A stretch of DNA of 64,000 bases from Alphaproteobacteria bacterium. GTDB lineage: Bacteria; Pseudomonadota; Alphaproteobacteria; MPNO01. Made by a program: the position numbers and the translations under genes. The DNA is taken from positions 139,316-203,315 of the forward strand of contig CBDDOM010000003.1 of NCBI GenBank assembly GCA_965231875.1. The letters run 5' to 3'. Below the pieces are notes generated by a model. That model was not told where the DNA came from. It saw nothing but the letters and a program-made list of their open reading frames with translations, and searched no databases. Below are positions 45,600-54,983 of the stretch, piece by piece (position 1 is the stretch's first letter; every line of letters starts with the position of its first letter).

Positions 45600-47684
45600 A
45601 TGGCGGATCCGGAAATTACCGGCGGGCTGAGGCTCGCCGCCGACATCGGCGGCACGTTCACCGACATCGCGGCCTTCGATCCGGCGACCGGGACGCTCAG
45701 GCTCGGCAAGGCGCTATCGACGCCGGCGCACCTGGTGGACGGGATCGCCGCCGGGGTGGACCGGGCGGATGTCGCGTTCTCCGACGCGGCGCTCTTCCTG
45801 CACGGCTCGACCATCGCCATCAACACCATGCTGGAGCGGACCGGCGCACGCGCCGCGCTGGTCATCACCAGGGGCTTTCGCGACATCTATGAAATCGGCC
45901 GGGTCAACCGGCCCGATTCCTACAACCTGTTCTTCAAGAAGCACCGGCCGCTGATCGAGCGCGCCATGTGTTTCGAGCTCGACGAGCGGATGTTTGCCGA
46001 GGGGGAGCCTCTGACTCCGCTCGACGAGGACGAAGTCCGGACGCTCGGTGAAAAACTCGCCGGGCTGGATGTCGAGGCCGTCGCGATCCTCCTTCTGCAC
46101 AGCTACCGCAACCCGGATCACGAGAAGCGGACCAAGGCGATCCTCGAGTCCTGCCTGCCGGGCGCGTTCGTCACCGCCTCCTACGAGCTGTCGCAGGAAT
46201 ACCGTGAGTTCGAACGTTGCTCGACCGTTGCCGCGAACGCTTATATCGGCCCCGGCGTGCGGCGCTATCTCGACGAGATCGGCGAGCATCTCCAGACGCA
46301 GTCCTTTCCCGGCGCGTTCCTGGTCGTGCAGTCCACAGGCGGGCTCTACGATGTCGCCCAGGCGCGGCACGATTGCGTCCACATGCTCGAATCGGGGCCG
46401 GCGGCGGGGGTCATCGCCGGCCGCGCGCTCGCCCGCGCCGCGGGGATCGAGAACGCGATCACCTTCGACATGGGCGGCACCACGGCCAAGTCGGGGGTGA
46501 TCTACGGCGGCGAGGCGCTGACCACGGGCAGCGCGAAGATCGGCGGGTACGAGCAGGGGCTGCCGGTGCAGATCGCGATGATGGATATCTTCGAGGTCGG
46601 CACCGGCGGCGGGTCGATCGCGCGGACCGATGCCCAAGGCGCGCTCCGCGTCGGGCCGGAAAGCGCCGGCGCGACCCCCGGCCCGGCCTGCTACGGAAGC
46701 GGCGGGACGGCGCCCACCGTGACCGACGCCAACCTGATCCTCGGCAGAATTGCCCCGGACAGGTTCCTCGGCGGCGCGATGACGCTCGATCCCGACGCCG
46801 CGTTCGAAGCGATGAAAACGGACATCGCCGATCCGCTCGGGATGGGCGTCGTGGAGGCGGCGGCGGGCGTCCTCCAGATCGCGGCGACCGCGATGTCGTT
46901 CGCCGTAAAGGGCGTATCCACCGAGCGCGGTCTGGACGCCGGCGAATTCGTCCTCGTCGCCTGCGGCGGTGCGGGACCGCTGCATGCGAGCGCGGTCGCG
47001 CGCGAGATCGGAATGCGGGAAATCGTCGTGCCGCCGGCGCCCGGTCATTTCTCCGCCATCGGGATGCTGCACGCGGACCTGCGTTACGACTATGTCCGGA
47101 CCTGGTTCGCACGCTTGTCGGAGGCGCCCCTCGACGAGGTCGAGCGGCTCTACGCCGAGATGGAAGCACAGGGCCGCGCGGCGGTTTCCGCGACCGGTGC
47201 CGAGGTGACGGAAATCGTCGCAGGGCGCGCGGCGGACATGCGCTATGTCGGACAGGAGCATGCGGTCACGGTCGAACTGCCCGCCGGCCTGTTCGCCGCC
47301 GGCGACCGGGACGCAATCAAGACACGCTTCGACGAGGTGCATGCGGTTCGCTACGGCACCTCGGCGCCGGAGGAACCGGCAGAGCTGGTGAGCCTGAGGA
47401 CGACGGTCGCGGGCCTCCTGGCCAAGCCGCCCATGGTGCGCGGCGCGGACGGCGGTTCGGCCGATCCCGCCCCGCTGGAAACACGGCGGATCTATTTTTC
47501 CGAGACCGGCGGCTTCGTCGCCACCCCGGTCTATGCGCGGGCGGATCTCGGCGCCGGCGCGGATCTCGACGGGCCGGCGGTGATCGAGGAAGAGGCGTCG
47601 ACGACGTTGCTGCTGCCCGGCGACAGCCTCGGCGTCGACGGGTACGGGAATCTTCGGATCCGGGTGGGGTCCGGCGGGCGATGA
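45600..47684 (+). CDS. hyuA: hydantoinase/oxoprolinase family protein, A (HyuA-type) subunit
   Basis: 694 aa; [16 protein letters not shown]... and ...[13 protein letters not shown]... ATPase-fold motifs. Confidence 0.9.
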   Translation: MADPEITGGLRLAADIGGTFTDIAAFDPATGTLRLGKALSTPAHLVDGIAAGVDRADVAFSDAALFLHGSTIAINTMLERTGARAALVITRGFRDIYEIGRVNRPDSYNLFFKKHRPLIERAMCFELDERMFAEGEPLTPLDEDEVRTLGEKLAGLDVEAVAILLLHSYRNPDHEKRTKAILESCLPGAFVTASYELSQEYREFERCSTVAANAYIGPGVRRYLDEIGEHLQTQSFPGAFLVVQSTGGLYDVAQARHDCVHMLESGPAAGVIAGRALARAAGIENAITFDMGGTTAKSGVIYGGEALTTGSAKIGGYEQGLPVQIAMMDIFEVGTGGGSIARTDAQGALRVGPESAGATPGPACYGSGGTAPTVTDANLILGRIAPDRFLGGAMTLDPDAAFEAMKTDIADPLGMGVVEAAAGVLQIAATAMSFAVKGVSTERGLDAGEFVLVACGGAGPLHASAVAREIGMREIVVPPAPGHFSAIGMLHADLRYDYVRTWFARLSEAPLDEVERLYAEMEAQGRAAVSATGAEVTEIVAGRAADMRYVGQEHAVTVELPAGLFAAGDRDAIKTRFDEVHAVRYGTSAPEEPAELVSLRTTVAGLLAKPPMVRGADGGSADPAPLETRRIYFSETGGFVATPVYARADLGAGADLDGPAVIEEEASTTLLLPGDSLGVDGYGNLRIRVGSGGR

Positions 47685-49447
47685 GCGAATCTTCGCCCGA
47701 TCCCGTGGTCACCGAGCTGGTGCGGAACGGCGTCATCGCCATCACCGAGGAGATGAAGACCAACCTTACCCGCACCGCGTACAACATGATCATATACGAG
47801 GCGCTCGACTTCACCGTCGGGCTGTTCACGGCGAAAGGCGAGACCGTCTCCATCGGGCTCGGCCTGCCGATGTTCATCCGGGGCATGGCGGAGACGGTGA
47901 AGGCGAAGCTGCGGCATTTCGGCGACGACATCGGGCCGGGCGACATTCTGCTGACCAACGACGCCTACATTACCGGCAGCCATCTTAACCACCTGACCTT
48001 CAGCATGCCGGTCTTCGACGACGGCATTCTGGTCGGCTTTGCCGTCTGCATGGCGCATTGGCCGGATATCGGCGGCACGCTCGACGGAATGACGACCGAC
48101 ATCTACTCCGAAGGTCTGCAGATCCCGATCCTCAAATACCAGCGGGCCGGCAAGGTCAACCGGGACCTGCTCGATATCCTGAGGCTGAACGTGCGCCTGC
48201 CCGAGCGCGCGATGGGGGATCTGCGCGCGCAGCTCACGGCGATCGCCTCCGGGGAGAGGCGCTTTCTCGAACTCATCCGCCGCTACGGACGCGAGGAAGT
48301 GCTCGGCAGCATCGCCACGATCATGGACCAGTCCGAGGCGGCGGCCCGCGCTCGCGCGCTCGCGATACCCGACGGCGTCTACGAGGCCGAGTCCTTCATG
48401 GACGATGACGGGGTCGACATCGCCCAACCGGTCCCGATCCGGGTCAGGGTGATCGTCGACGGCGACCGGGTGACGGTCGATCTCTCCGACGTGTCGGAGC
48501 AGGTGAAGGGGTTCTACAATTCTGGCGTGACCACCGGGTTTGCCTGTTCGCAGGTCGCGTTCAAGTGTCTGACTTCGCCCACCGATTATCCGATCAATGA
48601 CGGCAGCTTCCGCAACCTGGAGGTCGTCGTTCCGATGGGGCGGATCGTGAGCGCCGAGAAGCCGGCGCCCATGCGTTGGTGGATGACTTTTCCGATGACC
48701 ATCGTCGACACGGTGTTCAAGGCGCTCGCGCCCGCGATCCCGGAGCGCATCGTCGCCGGGCACCACGCCGATCTGATCATCGGCATGCTGAACGGCGTCA
48801 ATCCCGAAACGTCCGAGTTCTACATCGCATTCATCGGCCCGACCGGCGGCGGCTGGGGCGCGAAGCAGGCGGAAGACGGCAACAGCGCGACCATCTGCAT
48901 GAACGACGGCGACACCCACAACAGCCCTGTCGAGCAACTGGAAGCCAAGTACCCGCTCCTGTTCGAAGCCCATGCGCTGCGTCCAGATTCCTGCGGCGCC
49001 GGGCGGCAGCGGGGCGGGCTCGGGATCGAGAATGTCGTTCAGGCGCGCGCGCCGCTCACGGTCAACACGCAGATCGACCGGGTTCATTGCGCGCCCTGGG
49101 GGCTCGCCGGTGGCGGCGATGCGATGGGAAATTCGGTGGCGCTCCGGCGCGAAGGCACCTGGCGGGATGATTTTCCCAACGCCAAGGTGTTCACGGCCCG
49201 TCTCGGACCGGGCGAAGGCTTTGCGCTGCGTTCCGGCGGCGGCGGCGGTTTCGGCCCGCCGCTGGAACGCCCGATCGAGGCGGTCGCGCACGATGTTCGT
49301 CAGGGTTATGTCACACCCGAGGCCGCATTCCGCGACTACGGCGTGGTGTGTGACGCGGCGACTCTCGCGGTCGACGTGGAAGCATCGCAAAGGATCCGCG
49401 CCGCCAAGGCGACGCTCGCCGCCGCGGGCGGATCGGCCGAGGGCTGA
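47681..49447 (+). CDS. hyuB: hydantoinase B/oxoprolinase family protein (HyuB-type subunit)
   Basis: ATG overlaps the hyuA stop as ATGA. PVVTELVRNGVIAITEEMKTNLTRTAYNMIIYEALDFTVGLF is typical of HyuB. Confidence 0.9.
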   Translation: MSESSPDPVVTELVRNGVIAITEEMKTNLTRTAYNMIIYEALDFTVGLFTAKGETVSIGLGLPMFIRGMAETVKAKLRHFGDDIGPGDILLTNDAYITGSHLNHLTFSMPVFDDGILVGFAVCMAHWPDIGGTLDGMTTDIYSEGLQIPILKYQRAGKVNRDLLDILRLNVRLPERAMGDLRAQLTAIASGERRFLELIRRYGREEVLGSIATIMDQSEAAARARALAIPDGVYEAESFMDDDGVDIAQPVPIRVRVIVDGDRVTVDLSDVSEQVKGFYNSGVTTGFACSQVAFKCLTSPTDYPINDGSFRNLEVVVPMGRIVSAEKPAPMRWWMTFPMTIVDTVFKALAPAIPERIVAGHHADLIIGMLNGVNPETSEFYIAFIGPTGGGWGAKQAEDGNSATICMNDGDTHNSPVEQLEAKYPLLFEAHALRPDSCGAGRQRGGLGIENVVQARAPLTVNTQIDRVHCAPWGLAGGGDAMGNSVALRREGTWRDDFPNAKVFTARLGPGEGFALRSGGGGGFGPPLERPIEAVAHDVRQGYVTPEAAFRDYGVVCDAATLAVDVEASQRIRAAKATLAAAGGSAEG

Positions 49448-49466
49448 ACGGAGCCTGTCCTACAGC

Positions 49467-49645
49467 GTATCCGTTTTAGACAGAAGCGCTGCTGCCCCTG
49501 CCTCTCCTGCGTCATGGTCGGCGGAGGCCGACCATCCACGTTTTGTTCTCTGTTGTTCCGCCGACACAGAAAAACTCGTGGATGGTCGGCCTCCGCCGAC
49601 CATGACGGAAGGGAACGGTGCAAGCGGTTCCATCTGAAACGGATG
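49467..49645. repeat. large composite palindromic intergenic element containing a perfect 30-bp inverted repeat
   Basis: gtcatggtcggcggaggccgaccatccacg (49511-49540) is the exact reverse complement of 49577-49606, with a 36-nt spacer. Each arm carries the nested hairpin ggtcggc-gga-gccgacc. The outer arms atccgttttaga / tctgaaacggat are partly complementary. Confidence 0.8.
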
Positions 49646-49649
49646 GGCT

Positions 49650-49952
49650 CTAAAACCCGGCCTGCGAGGCCGGTTTGATCGAGATCGCGAAGCTCGCGCC
49701 CGTTCCGCCGCAGCACGGGCAGGAGATCGAGTCGAAAATTTCGCGGCGGCGATCCGGCGAGACATCGGTGTCGGCCAGCAGATCCTCGACCTGGCGCCGG
49801 ATGCTCGTGTGGATGGGATCCGGCGGATCTTTGCCGGCGGCGGGCGGCGGATCCTCGACCTGGCCCCGTTCCGCCTCCCGCGCGGCGCGCCAGAGCGCGC
49901 GAAACGGGCCGGTGAGGTTCAGGTACCGATTGTCGCCGATCCCGCGCGGCAT
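49650..49952 (-). CDS. hypothetical 100-aa protein with a C-terminal CPCCGG motif
   Basis: ATG 49952 lies 6 nt after the upstream stop. GC3-rich codons. Contains ...IFDSISCPCCGGTGASFAISIKP.... The last 9 codons coincide with a terminator-like hairpin. No family recognised. Confidence 0.45.
   Translation of the reverse strand: MPRGIGDNRYLNLTGPFRALWRAAREAERGQVEDPPPAAGKDPPDPIHTSIRRQVEDLLADTDVSPDRRREIFDSISCPCCGGTGASFAISIKPASQAGF
49653..49677 (-). terminator. possible intrinsic terminator (minus strand)
   Basis: ccggcc-tcgca-ggccgg stem-loop followed by uuuu on the minus strand. It overlaps the end of the small ORF. Confidence 0.35.
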
Positions 49953-49958
49953 GGCGGC

Positions 49959-50567
49959 TCAGTTCTGCGGCGCGCCCGGGTGGATGACCACGCCCTCCAG
50001 CCGCTCGACGTAGCGCAGGAAGCGATACTTGTCCTCGATCCCGTCGGTCGGCTTGCGGTCCTTCCACTCCCAGGGATGCTTGCCCGGTTCGATCCTGGCG
50101 ACCAGGTAACCCATCTCGCCGTCGTCGACCATCGCGGAGAAACGCTCGGCCAGCGCGTCCGGGTCGCCGACCGTCGCACAGTTGAGACACCCCGCGCCCT
50201 CGGCCATGCGGGCGAGATCGGTGTTCTTCGAGGTCAGCGTGGGCGGTCCGCCGATGTTCTCGTAGATGCCGTTGTCGAAGACCAGCACGGTCAGGTTGGG
50301 AGGACGCTCGGCGCCCAGCGTGCACAGGATGCCGGTATTCAACAACATCGAGCCGTCGCTCTCGAAGGCGACGATCCGGCGGTGCGGCAGCGATACCGCG
50401 AGCCCGAGCGCGGTCGACGTCACCGAGCCCAGAACGCCCGTAAAGAAGGTGTTGTCGGCGGGCTTCAGGTTCCACCAGTCGTCCCAGGTCGCCCCGATCG
50501 AGGTCGTCACCAGGTCCTCGGCCGCGATCGTCGGCGCGATCGCGCGGAAGGCGTCAATCCTTTGCAT
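49959..50567 (-). CDS. ThDP-binding beta subunit of a split decarboxylase (sulfopyruvate/phosphonopyruvate decarboxylase-like)
   Basis: 202 aa. ThDP motif variant SDG-x25-DN (FESDGSMLLNTG...LVFDNGIYEN). Confidence 0.78.
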   Translation of the reverse strand: MQRIDAFRAIAPTIAAEDLVTTSIGATWDDWWNLKPADNTFFTGVLGSVTSTALGLAVSLPHRRIVAFESDGSMLLNTGILCTLGAERPPNLTVLVFDNGIYENIGGPPTLTSKNTDLARMAEGAGCLNCATVGDPDALAERFSAMVDDGEMGYLVARIEPGKHPWEWKDRKPTDGIEDKYRFLRYVERLEGVVIHPGAPQN

Positions 50568-51087
50568 AGGCCGGTAGCTCCACGCAATTGCCCGAGAAGA
50601 CCAGCGCGACCGGCCAGTTGCTGCCGTCGGCGTGCTTGAAGGAGCGCTTTATCGCGGGCTTGATCTCATCGAGCTCGGTGACGAAGCGGTGGGGAATGCG
50701 GAGCGCGTCCAGAATCGGTTCCATGGTCTGCGCGTGGTTGTGGCCCCACCAGTTCTGCTCGCCCCATTCGCCCCGGTAGCTCATCGCCATGACCATGGGA
50801 ACGGCATGTTGGAACGCGAGGCGGGCGACCGGCTCGCAGCACTGCCGGATGCCGGAATTCTCCATGATCATCAGCGCCCGCTTGCCGGCGAGGTAGGTTC
50901 CCGCGCAGATCCCCGGCATATCGGCCTCGTTCGAGACCTGTATGTAACGGATCGCGTTGTCGGAGGCGCACAGGCGATAGACGCTGGCGAGCAGCGATTC
51001 CGGCAACGCGGTAACGACGCTGACATCCGCTTCCTTCAGCCCCTCCACGAACAGCCGCGCATACTCGGGAACCGCGTCGCCCGTCAT
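50554..51087 (-). CDS. ThDP-enzyme pyrimidine-binding alpha subunit of a split decarboxylase (ComD-like)
   Basis: 177 aa; ...VTALPESLLASVY...VSNEADMPGICAGTYLAGKRALMIMENSG.... Overlaps the beta gene by 14 nt. Confidence 0.78.
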   Translation of the reverse strand: MTGDAVPEYARLFVEGLKEADVSVVTALPESLLASVYRLCASDNAIRYIQVSNEADMPGICAGTYLAGKRALMIMENSGIRQCCEPVARLAFQHAVPMVMAMSYRGEWGEQNWWGHNHAQTMEPILDALRIPHRFVTELDEIKPAIKRSFKHADGSNWPVALVFSGNCVELPAYAKD

Positions 51088-51536
51088 GACGCGGCCCCTT
51101 CCGCCTTCCCGCGGAAGTTGTCGGCGAAGGCATGGCCGAGATCGCGCGCCTTCTTCTTCATCACCCCCAGCCCGAATTTGCCCAGCCGCCCGAACACCGA
51201 GACGTCAGACGCGTAGGCCACTTCCGTTCCGCCTTCCACTTCCGACAGAGACAGCTCGCTCGTTGCGTTGAGCGTGCTCGCGCGGCCGCCTTCTTCGCCC
51301 TTCGTGGTCGAGGACGCGAAATGCGGCGGCCGTTCCTCGGTCTTCTCGATCGTGACCGTGAAGGTCGTCTTGATCGGCCCTACCGCAACCTTGATATCGG
51401 CCTTGTAGGTGTCCGGACCGGTCACCTCGATGTGCTGGCAGCCCGGAATGCACGGCCCCACCACCTCGGGGTCGGTAATCATCGACCAGACCCTTTCGAG
51501 CGGCGCATCGACGGTAAAGCTGTCCTCGATCTGCAA
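51084..51536 (-). CDS. SRPBCC-fold CoxG-family protein
   Basis: Proposed TTG start at 51536 with GGAGG 7 nt upstream gives (M)QIEDSFTVDAPLERVWSMITDPEVVGPCIPGCQHIE, the CoxG N-terminal pattern. Its stop overlaps the next start as ATGA. Confidence 0.68.
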   Translation of the reverse strand: MQIEDSFTVDAPLERVWSMITDPEVVGPCIPGCQHIEVTGPDTYKADIKVAVGPIKTTFTVTIEKTEERPPHFASSTTKGEEGGRASTLNATSELSLSEVEGGTEVAYASDVSVFGRLGKFGLGVMKKKARDLGHAFADNFRGKAEGAAS

Positions 51537-51664
51537 ATCAATCCTCCCCGGACGCCGGCATCCTATGAAGCGGCCGGCGGGGTCGCAACCGAACCCGCGG
51601 ATTCCGGAATGCGGCAAATCGCTTTAGTATGAGGCTGCCCGCAAGAGAGGGGAGAGGGCGAGCG

Positions 51665-53212
51665 ATGCTGACAATGGTCTCCGCGATGGACCGGGCCCGC
51701 CGGCTCTACGGTGCACGGCCGGCGGCGGTCGACGACGAGGGGACATTCACCTGGAGCGAATTCGTCGACCGGGCGCGCCGCGCGGCCTCGGTGCTCGACG
51801 GGCTCGGAATCGGCAAAGGCGACCGTTACGCGATCCTGTCGCGCAACACATTCCGCAACGCCGAGCTGATGCATGCGGGGTACTGGTCGGGAAGGATCCC
51901 GGTGCCGGTCAATATCAGGCTCGCCGGACCGGAGATCCGTCATATCCTCGAAGATGCGGGCTGCAAGCTGCTGGTTGTCGACGAGGCGTTGAGCGATCTC
52001 GCGGCCTCCGCCGAACTCGCCCCCTGGCGCGACCGTGTCCTTCCGGTCACCCGGGAGACGCGGGACGCGGGCCGGCCCCAATACGAGGCTCTTCTTGGCG
52101 GTGCGGCGCCCGCCGACGCGCACGATGCCGCCGAGGACGATACCGCCGTCCTGCTCTACACCGGGGGCACCACGGGGCGGTCCAAGGGCGTCCCCTTGAG
52201 CCATCGCAACGTCTTCTCCAACGGGCAGCAATGCGCGATCGCGCTCGGCGCCATGAGCGACGACGTGTTCCTCCATGCCGCGCCGATGTTCCACTCGGCC
52301 GACCTGCTGGGGACCGCCTACACGCTGCAGGGCGCGGCGCATGTGTTTCTCCCCAACTTCACACCGGAGTCCGTGCTGAGCGCGATGGAGAGTCACGGTG
52401 TGACCGTCGCCTTTCTCGCGCCCACCATGCTCATCATGATGCTCCAGGATCCTGCCTTCGAGAAATTCGATCTGGGCAGGCTCCGGCTGGTGTTTTACGG
52501 CTCCTCGCCGATGGCCGTCGAATGGATCCGCCGCGCGATGGAGGCGCTGCCCGGCGCGGAAATCCAGCAGGGCTACGGGCTCACCGAGACCTCGCCGATC
52601 CTGACCACGCTCGATCCCGGCGAGCACCGCGAGGCGCTGGAGAGTGGGCGCTACGAGCGGTTGAAGGCGGCCGGCAGGCCGGTCACCGGCGTGGACATGC
52701 GCATCGTCGACGGTAACGGCGAGGAGGTGCCGCTCGGAGATGCCGGAGAGGTCGTGGTCCGCGGCCCCAACGTGACGAGCGGCTATCTCAACCGGCCCGA
52801 GGAAACGGCATCCGCCTTCCACGGCGGCTGGTTCCACACCGGGGATATCGGCTGCATGGACGAGGAGGGCTTCATGTATCTCCTCGACCGCAAGAAAGAC
52901 ATGATAGTCACCGGCGGCGAGAACGTCTATTCGTCCGAGGTCGAGGCGGCGCTCTATCAGCATCCGGGCGTCAACGAGGCGGCGGTCGTCGGCGTGCCGG
53001 ACGAGAAATACGGCGAGTCGCTGTTCGCGGTGATCGTTCCGGCGCCGGGCGCTTCCCTCGAAGTGGAGGAAATGATCGCCCACTGCCGCGAGCGCATCGG
53101 CGGCTACAAGATTCCCCGCCGCATGGCGTTCGTCGACGAGATGCCGAAGAGCGCGATGGGCAAGATCCTCAAGACCGAGCTTCGCCGCATCTACGGCGGG
53201 GACAACGCGTAA
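51665..53212 (+). CDS. AMP-dependent acyl-CoA synthetase/ligase
   Basis: ATG 51665 after GGGGAGAGG. AMP motif LLYTGGTTGRSKGV and GWFHTGDIGCMDEEGFMYLLDRKKDMI. Confidence 0.85.
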   Translation: MLTMVSAMDRARRLYGARPAAVDDEGTFTWSEFVDRARRAASVLDGLGIGKGDRYAILSRNTFRNAELMHAGYWSGRIPVPVNIRLAGPEIRHILEDAGCKLLVVDEALSDLAASAELAPWRDRVLPVTRETRDAGRPQYEALLGGAAPADAHDAAEDDTAVLLYTGGTTGRSKGVPLSHRNVFSNGQQCAIALGAMSDDVFLHAAPMFHSADLLGTAYTLQGAAHVFLPNFTPESVLSAMESHGVTVAFLAPTMLIMMLQDPAFEKFDLGRLRLVFYGSSPMAVEWIRRAMEALPGAEIQQGYGLTETSPILTTLDPGEHREALESGRYERLKAAGRPVTGVDMRIVDGNGEEVPLGDAGEVVVRGPNVTSGYLNRPEETASAFHGGWFHTGDIGCMDEEGFMYLLDRKKDMIVTGGENVYSSEVEAALYQHPGVNEAAVVGVPDEKYGESLFAVIVPAPGASLEVEEMIAHCRERIGGYKIPRRMAFVDEMPKSAMGKILKTELRRIYGGDNA

Positions 53213-53223
53213 CAGGAGACAGC

Positions 53224-53637
53224 ATGAAGGACACGCTCAGGCCGGGGCTCAGCGTCACCCGGCGTTTCGATATCCCGCGCGAGAGCACGATCGACGTTCT
53301 CGGCGAGGACCGGCGGGTCTACGCGACGCCCGCCATGGTGCGCGATATCGAGGTCGCCTGCCTCGGGATGATCGCCGAACATCTCGACGAGGGCGAAGCG
53401 ACGGTCGGCATGCGGGTCGAGGTCGACCATCTCGGCGCCTCGCTCGAGGGCTCATGGGTCGAGGTCACGGGCACCATCGCGGAAATCGAGGGCCGGCGCA
53501 TCGCGCTCGATGTCGAGGTCCGCGACCCCATGGATCTCGTCGGAAAGGGTCGCCATGTCCGCTTCGTCGTCGACCTTGCCCGGCAGGCCGAAAGGATCGA
53601 CGCCAAGCGTGCCGCGCTCGCCGGCGCAGGCCGATGA
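53224..53637 (+). CDS. hotdog-fold acyl-CoA thioesterase (FlK-like family)
   Basis: 137 aa; ...VYATPAMVRDIEVACLGMI...GMRVEVDHLGAS...IEGRRIALDVEV... shows the Thr/Glu/His arrangement I recall for FlK-type thioesterases. Confidence 0.72.
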   Translation: MKDTLRPGLSVTRRFDIPRESTIDVLGEDRRVYATPAMVRDIEVACLGMIAEHLDEGEATVGMRVEVDHLGASLEGSWVEVTGTIAEIEGRRIALDVEVRDPMDLVGKGRHVRFVVDLARQAERIDAKRAALAGAGR

Positions 53638-54353
53638 TCGATGCGAAGCGGCGGCTGATCGTCGCGCTCGATGTCAGGACCGTCGACCAGGCGCGGGAGC
53701 TGATCGCCACGCTCGGCGACTCCGTCGCATATTACAAGGTCGGTCCCTGGCTGCTCTATGCGAAGGGGATCGAAGGGCTGATCGACCTGGTGCTGGGCTC
53801 CGGCAAGGAGCTTTTCCTCGACTGCAAGATGTACGACATCGGCGAGACGGTGCGCGAAGGCGTGGCCCGAGCCGCCGAGCGCGGGGTGAGCCTGGTAACC
53901 GTCCATGGCAACCGCGACATCCTGCTCGCCGCGAACGATGCGAAGAAGGGTTCCGACCTCAAGGTGTTCGCGATCTCGGTGCTTACCAACCTCGACGACG
54001 ACGACATGCGCGAAATGGGCTATCTCCGGCCGGTCGAGGAGCTGATCGAGATTCGTGTGCGGAAGGCGATGGAATACGGCTGCGACGGTCTGATCGCGGC
54101 GCCCCTGGATGCGCCGAAGATCCGCGCCATCGCGCCGCGCGGGAAGCTGCTCCTGGGAACCCCCGGCGTGCGCCCGGCCGGCCACGGCCAGGACGACCAC
54201 AAGCGGGGCGGTACGCCCTCCGGCGCGATCGGAGCCGGAGCCGATTACATCGTGATGGGCCGGCCGATAATCCGCGCGGAAGGGCCGGCGTCGGTCGCGC
54301 GCGCGGTCACCGCTGAAATGCAAACCGCCTTCGACAACCGAGAGGAGGGCTAG
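53634..54353 (+). CDS. pyrF: orotidine-5'-phosphate decarboxylase
   Basis: LIVALDV..., D-x-K-x-x-D as FLDCKMYDIGETV, and C-terminal IVMGRPI. ATG overlaps the thioesterase stop as ATGA. Confidence 0.85.
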   Translation: MIDAKRRLIVALDVRTVDQARELIATLGDSVAYYKVGPWLLYAKGIEGLIDLVLGSGKELFLDCKMYDIGETVREGVARAAERGVSLVTVHGNRDILLAANDAKKGSDLKVFAISVLTNLDDDDMREMGYLRPVEELIEIRVRKAMEYGCDGLIAAPLDAPKIRAIAPRGKLLLGTPGVRPAGHGQDDHKRGGTPSGAIGAGADYIVMGRPIIRAEGPASVARAVTAEMQTAFDNREEG

Positions 54354-54354
54354 C

Positions 54355-54909
54355 GTGCCGTTCTTCAAGTCTCTGCCGGAAGACGCCGGCCCGGGCAATG
54401 TCTTCGAGACCTATCCCGAGATCTACCTGCCATGGGCGGATACCAGCCAGGCGCTGATGCGCGGCCCGTCGCCGCTCACCCCCGGCGAGCGTGAGGCGAT
54501 CGCCGCCTTCGTCGTCGGCACCGCGAACTGCCGCTATGCCTGGGTCGCCCACCGCGCCGCGGCGGTCGCCTGGGGAATGGACGGCGCCGCCATCGACGAG
54601 GCGGTCGAGGACCTCGAAAGCGCCCCGGTCGAGGATCGCCTGAAACCATTGCTCGCCTATGCCCGGAAGCTCACCTTGGCGCCTGCCGAAGTCTGCCAGG
54701 AGGATGCCGACGCCGTGTTCGCCGCGGGCTGGGACGAGAAGGCGCTGCACGATGCCATCGCGGTCACCGCGCGGATGAACTTCATGTGCCGTCTGGTCCA
54801 GGGTTACGGCTTCACCCCGATGAGCGCGGAAACCGCGCGCAGGAACGCCGAGAGCCGGAAGAAGCTCGGCTACCGCAACCTTTATCCCAAATTTGCCCAA
54901 CAGAAGTAG
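54355..54909 (+). CDS. carboxymuconolactone decarboxylase-family 'peroxidase-related' protein
   Basis: GTG start 1 nt after the pyrF stop; ...LTPGEREAIAAFVVGTANCRYAWVAH.... Confidence 0.72.
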   Translation: MPFFKSLPEDAGPGNVFETYPEIYLPWADTSQALMRGPSPLTPGEREAIAAFVVGTANCRYAWVAHRAAAVAWGMDGAAIDEAVEDLESAPVEDRLKPLLAYARKLTLAPAEVCQEDADAVFAAGWDEKALHDAIAVTARMNFMCRLVQGYGFTPMSAETARRNAESRKKLGYRNLYPKFAQQK

Positions 54910-54983
54910 CGCGCCGTCCGTTGGGCGCTACAATAGGTCGTCGAATTACGTCGTGGCGTTCGCGAAAGCAAACGGGGGAAATC

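Noticed and set aside
53634-54353. pyrF as a non-orthologous OMPDC-fold paralogue (for example a KGPDC/HPS-type) because of its odd operon context.
   Set aside because: Length (239 aa), LIVALDV, D-C-K-M-Y-D and the C-terminal GRPI loop match genuine type-1 PyrF. Without a genome-wide check for a second copy I keep the pyrF call.
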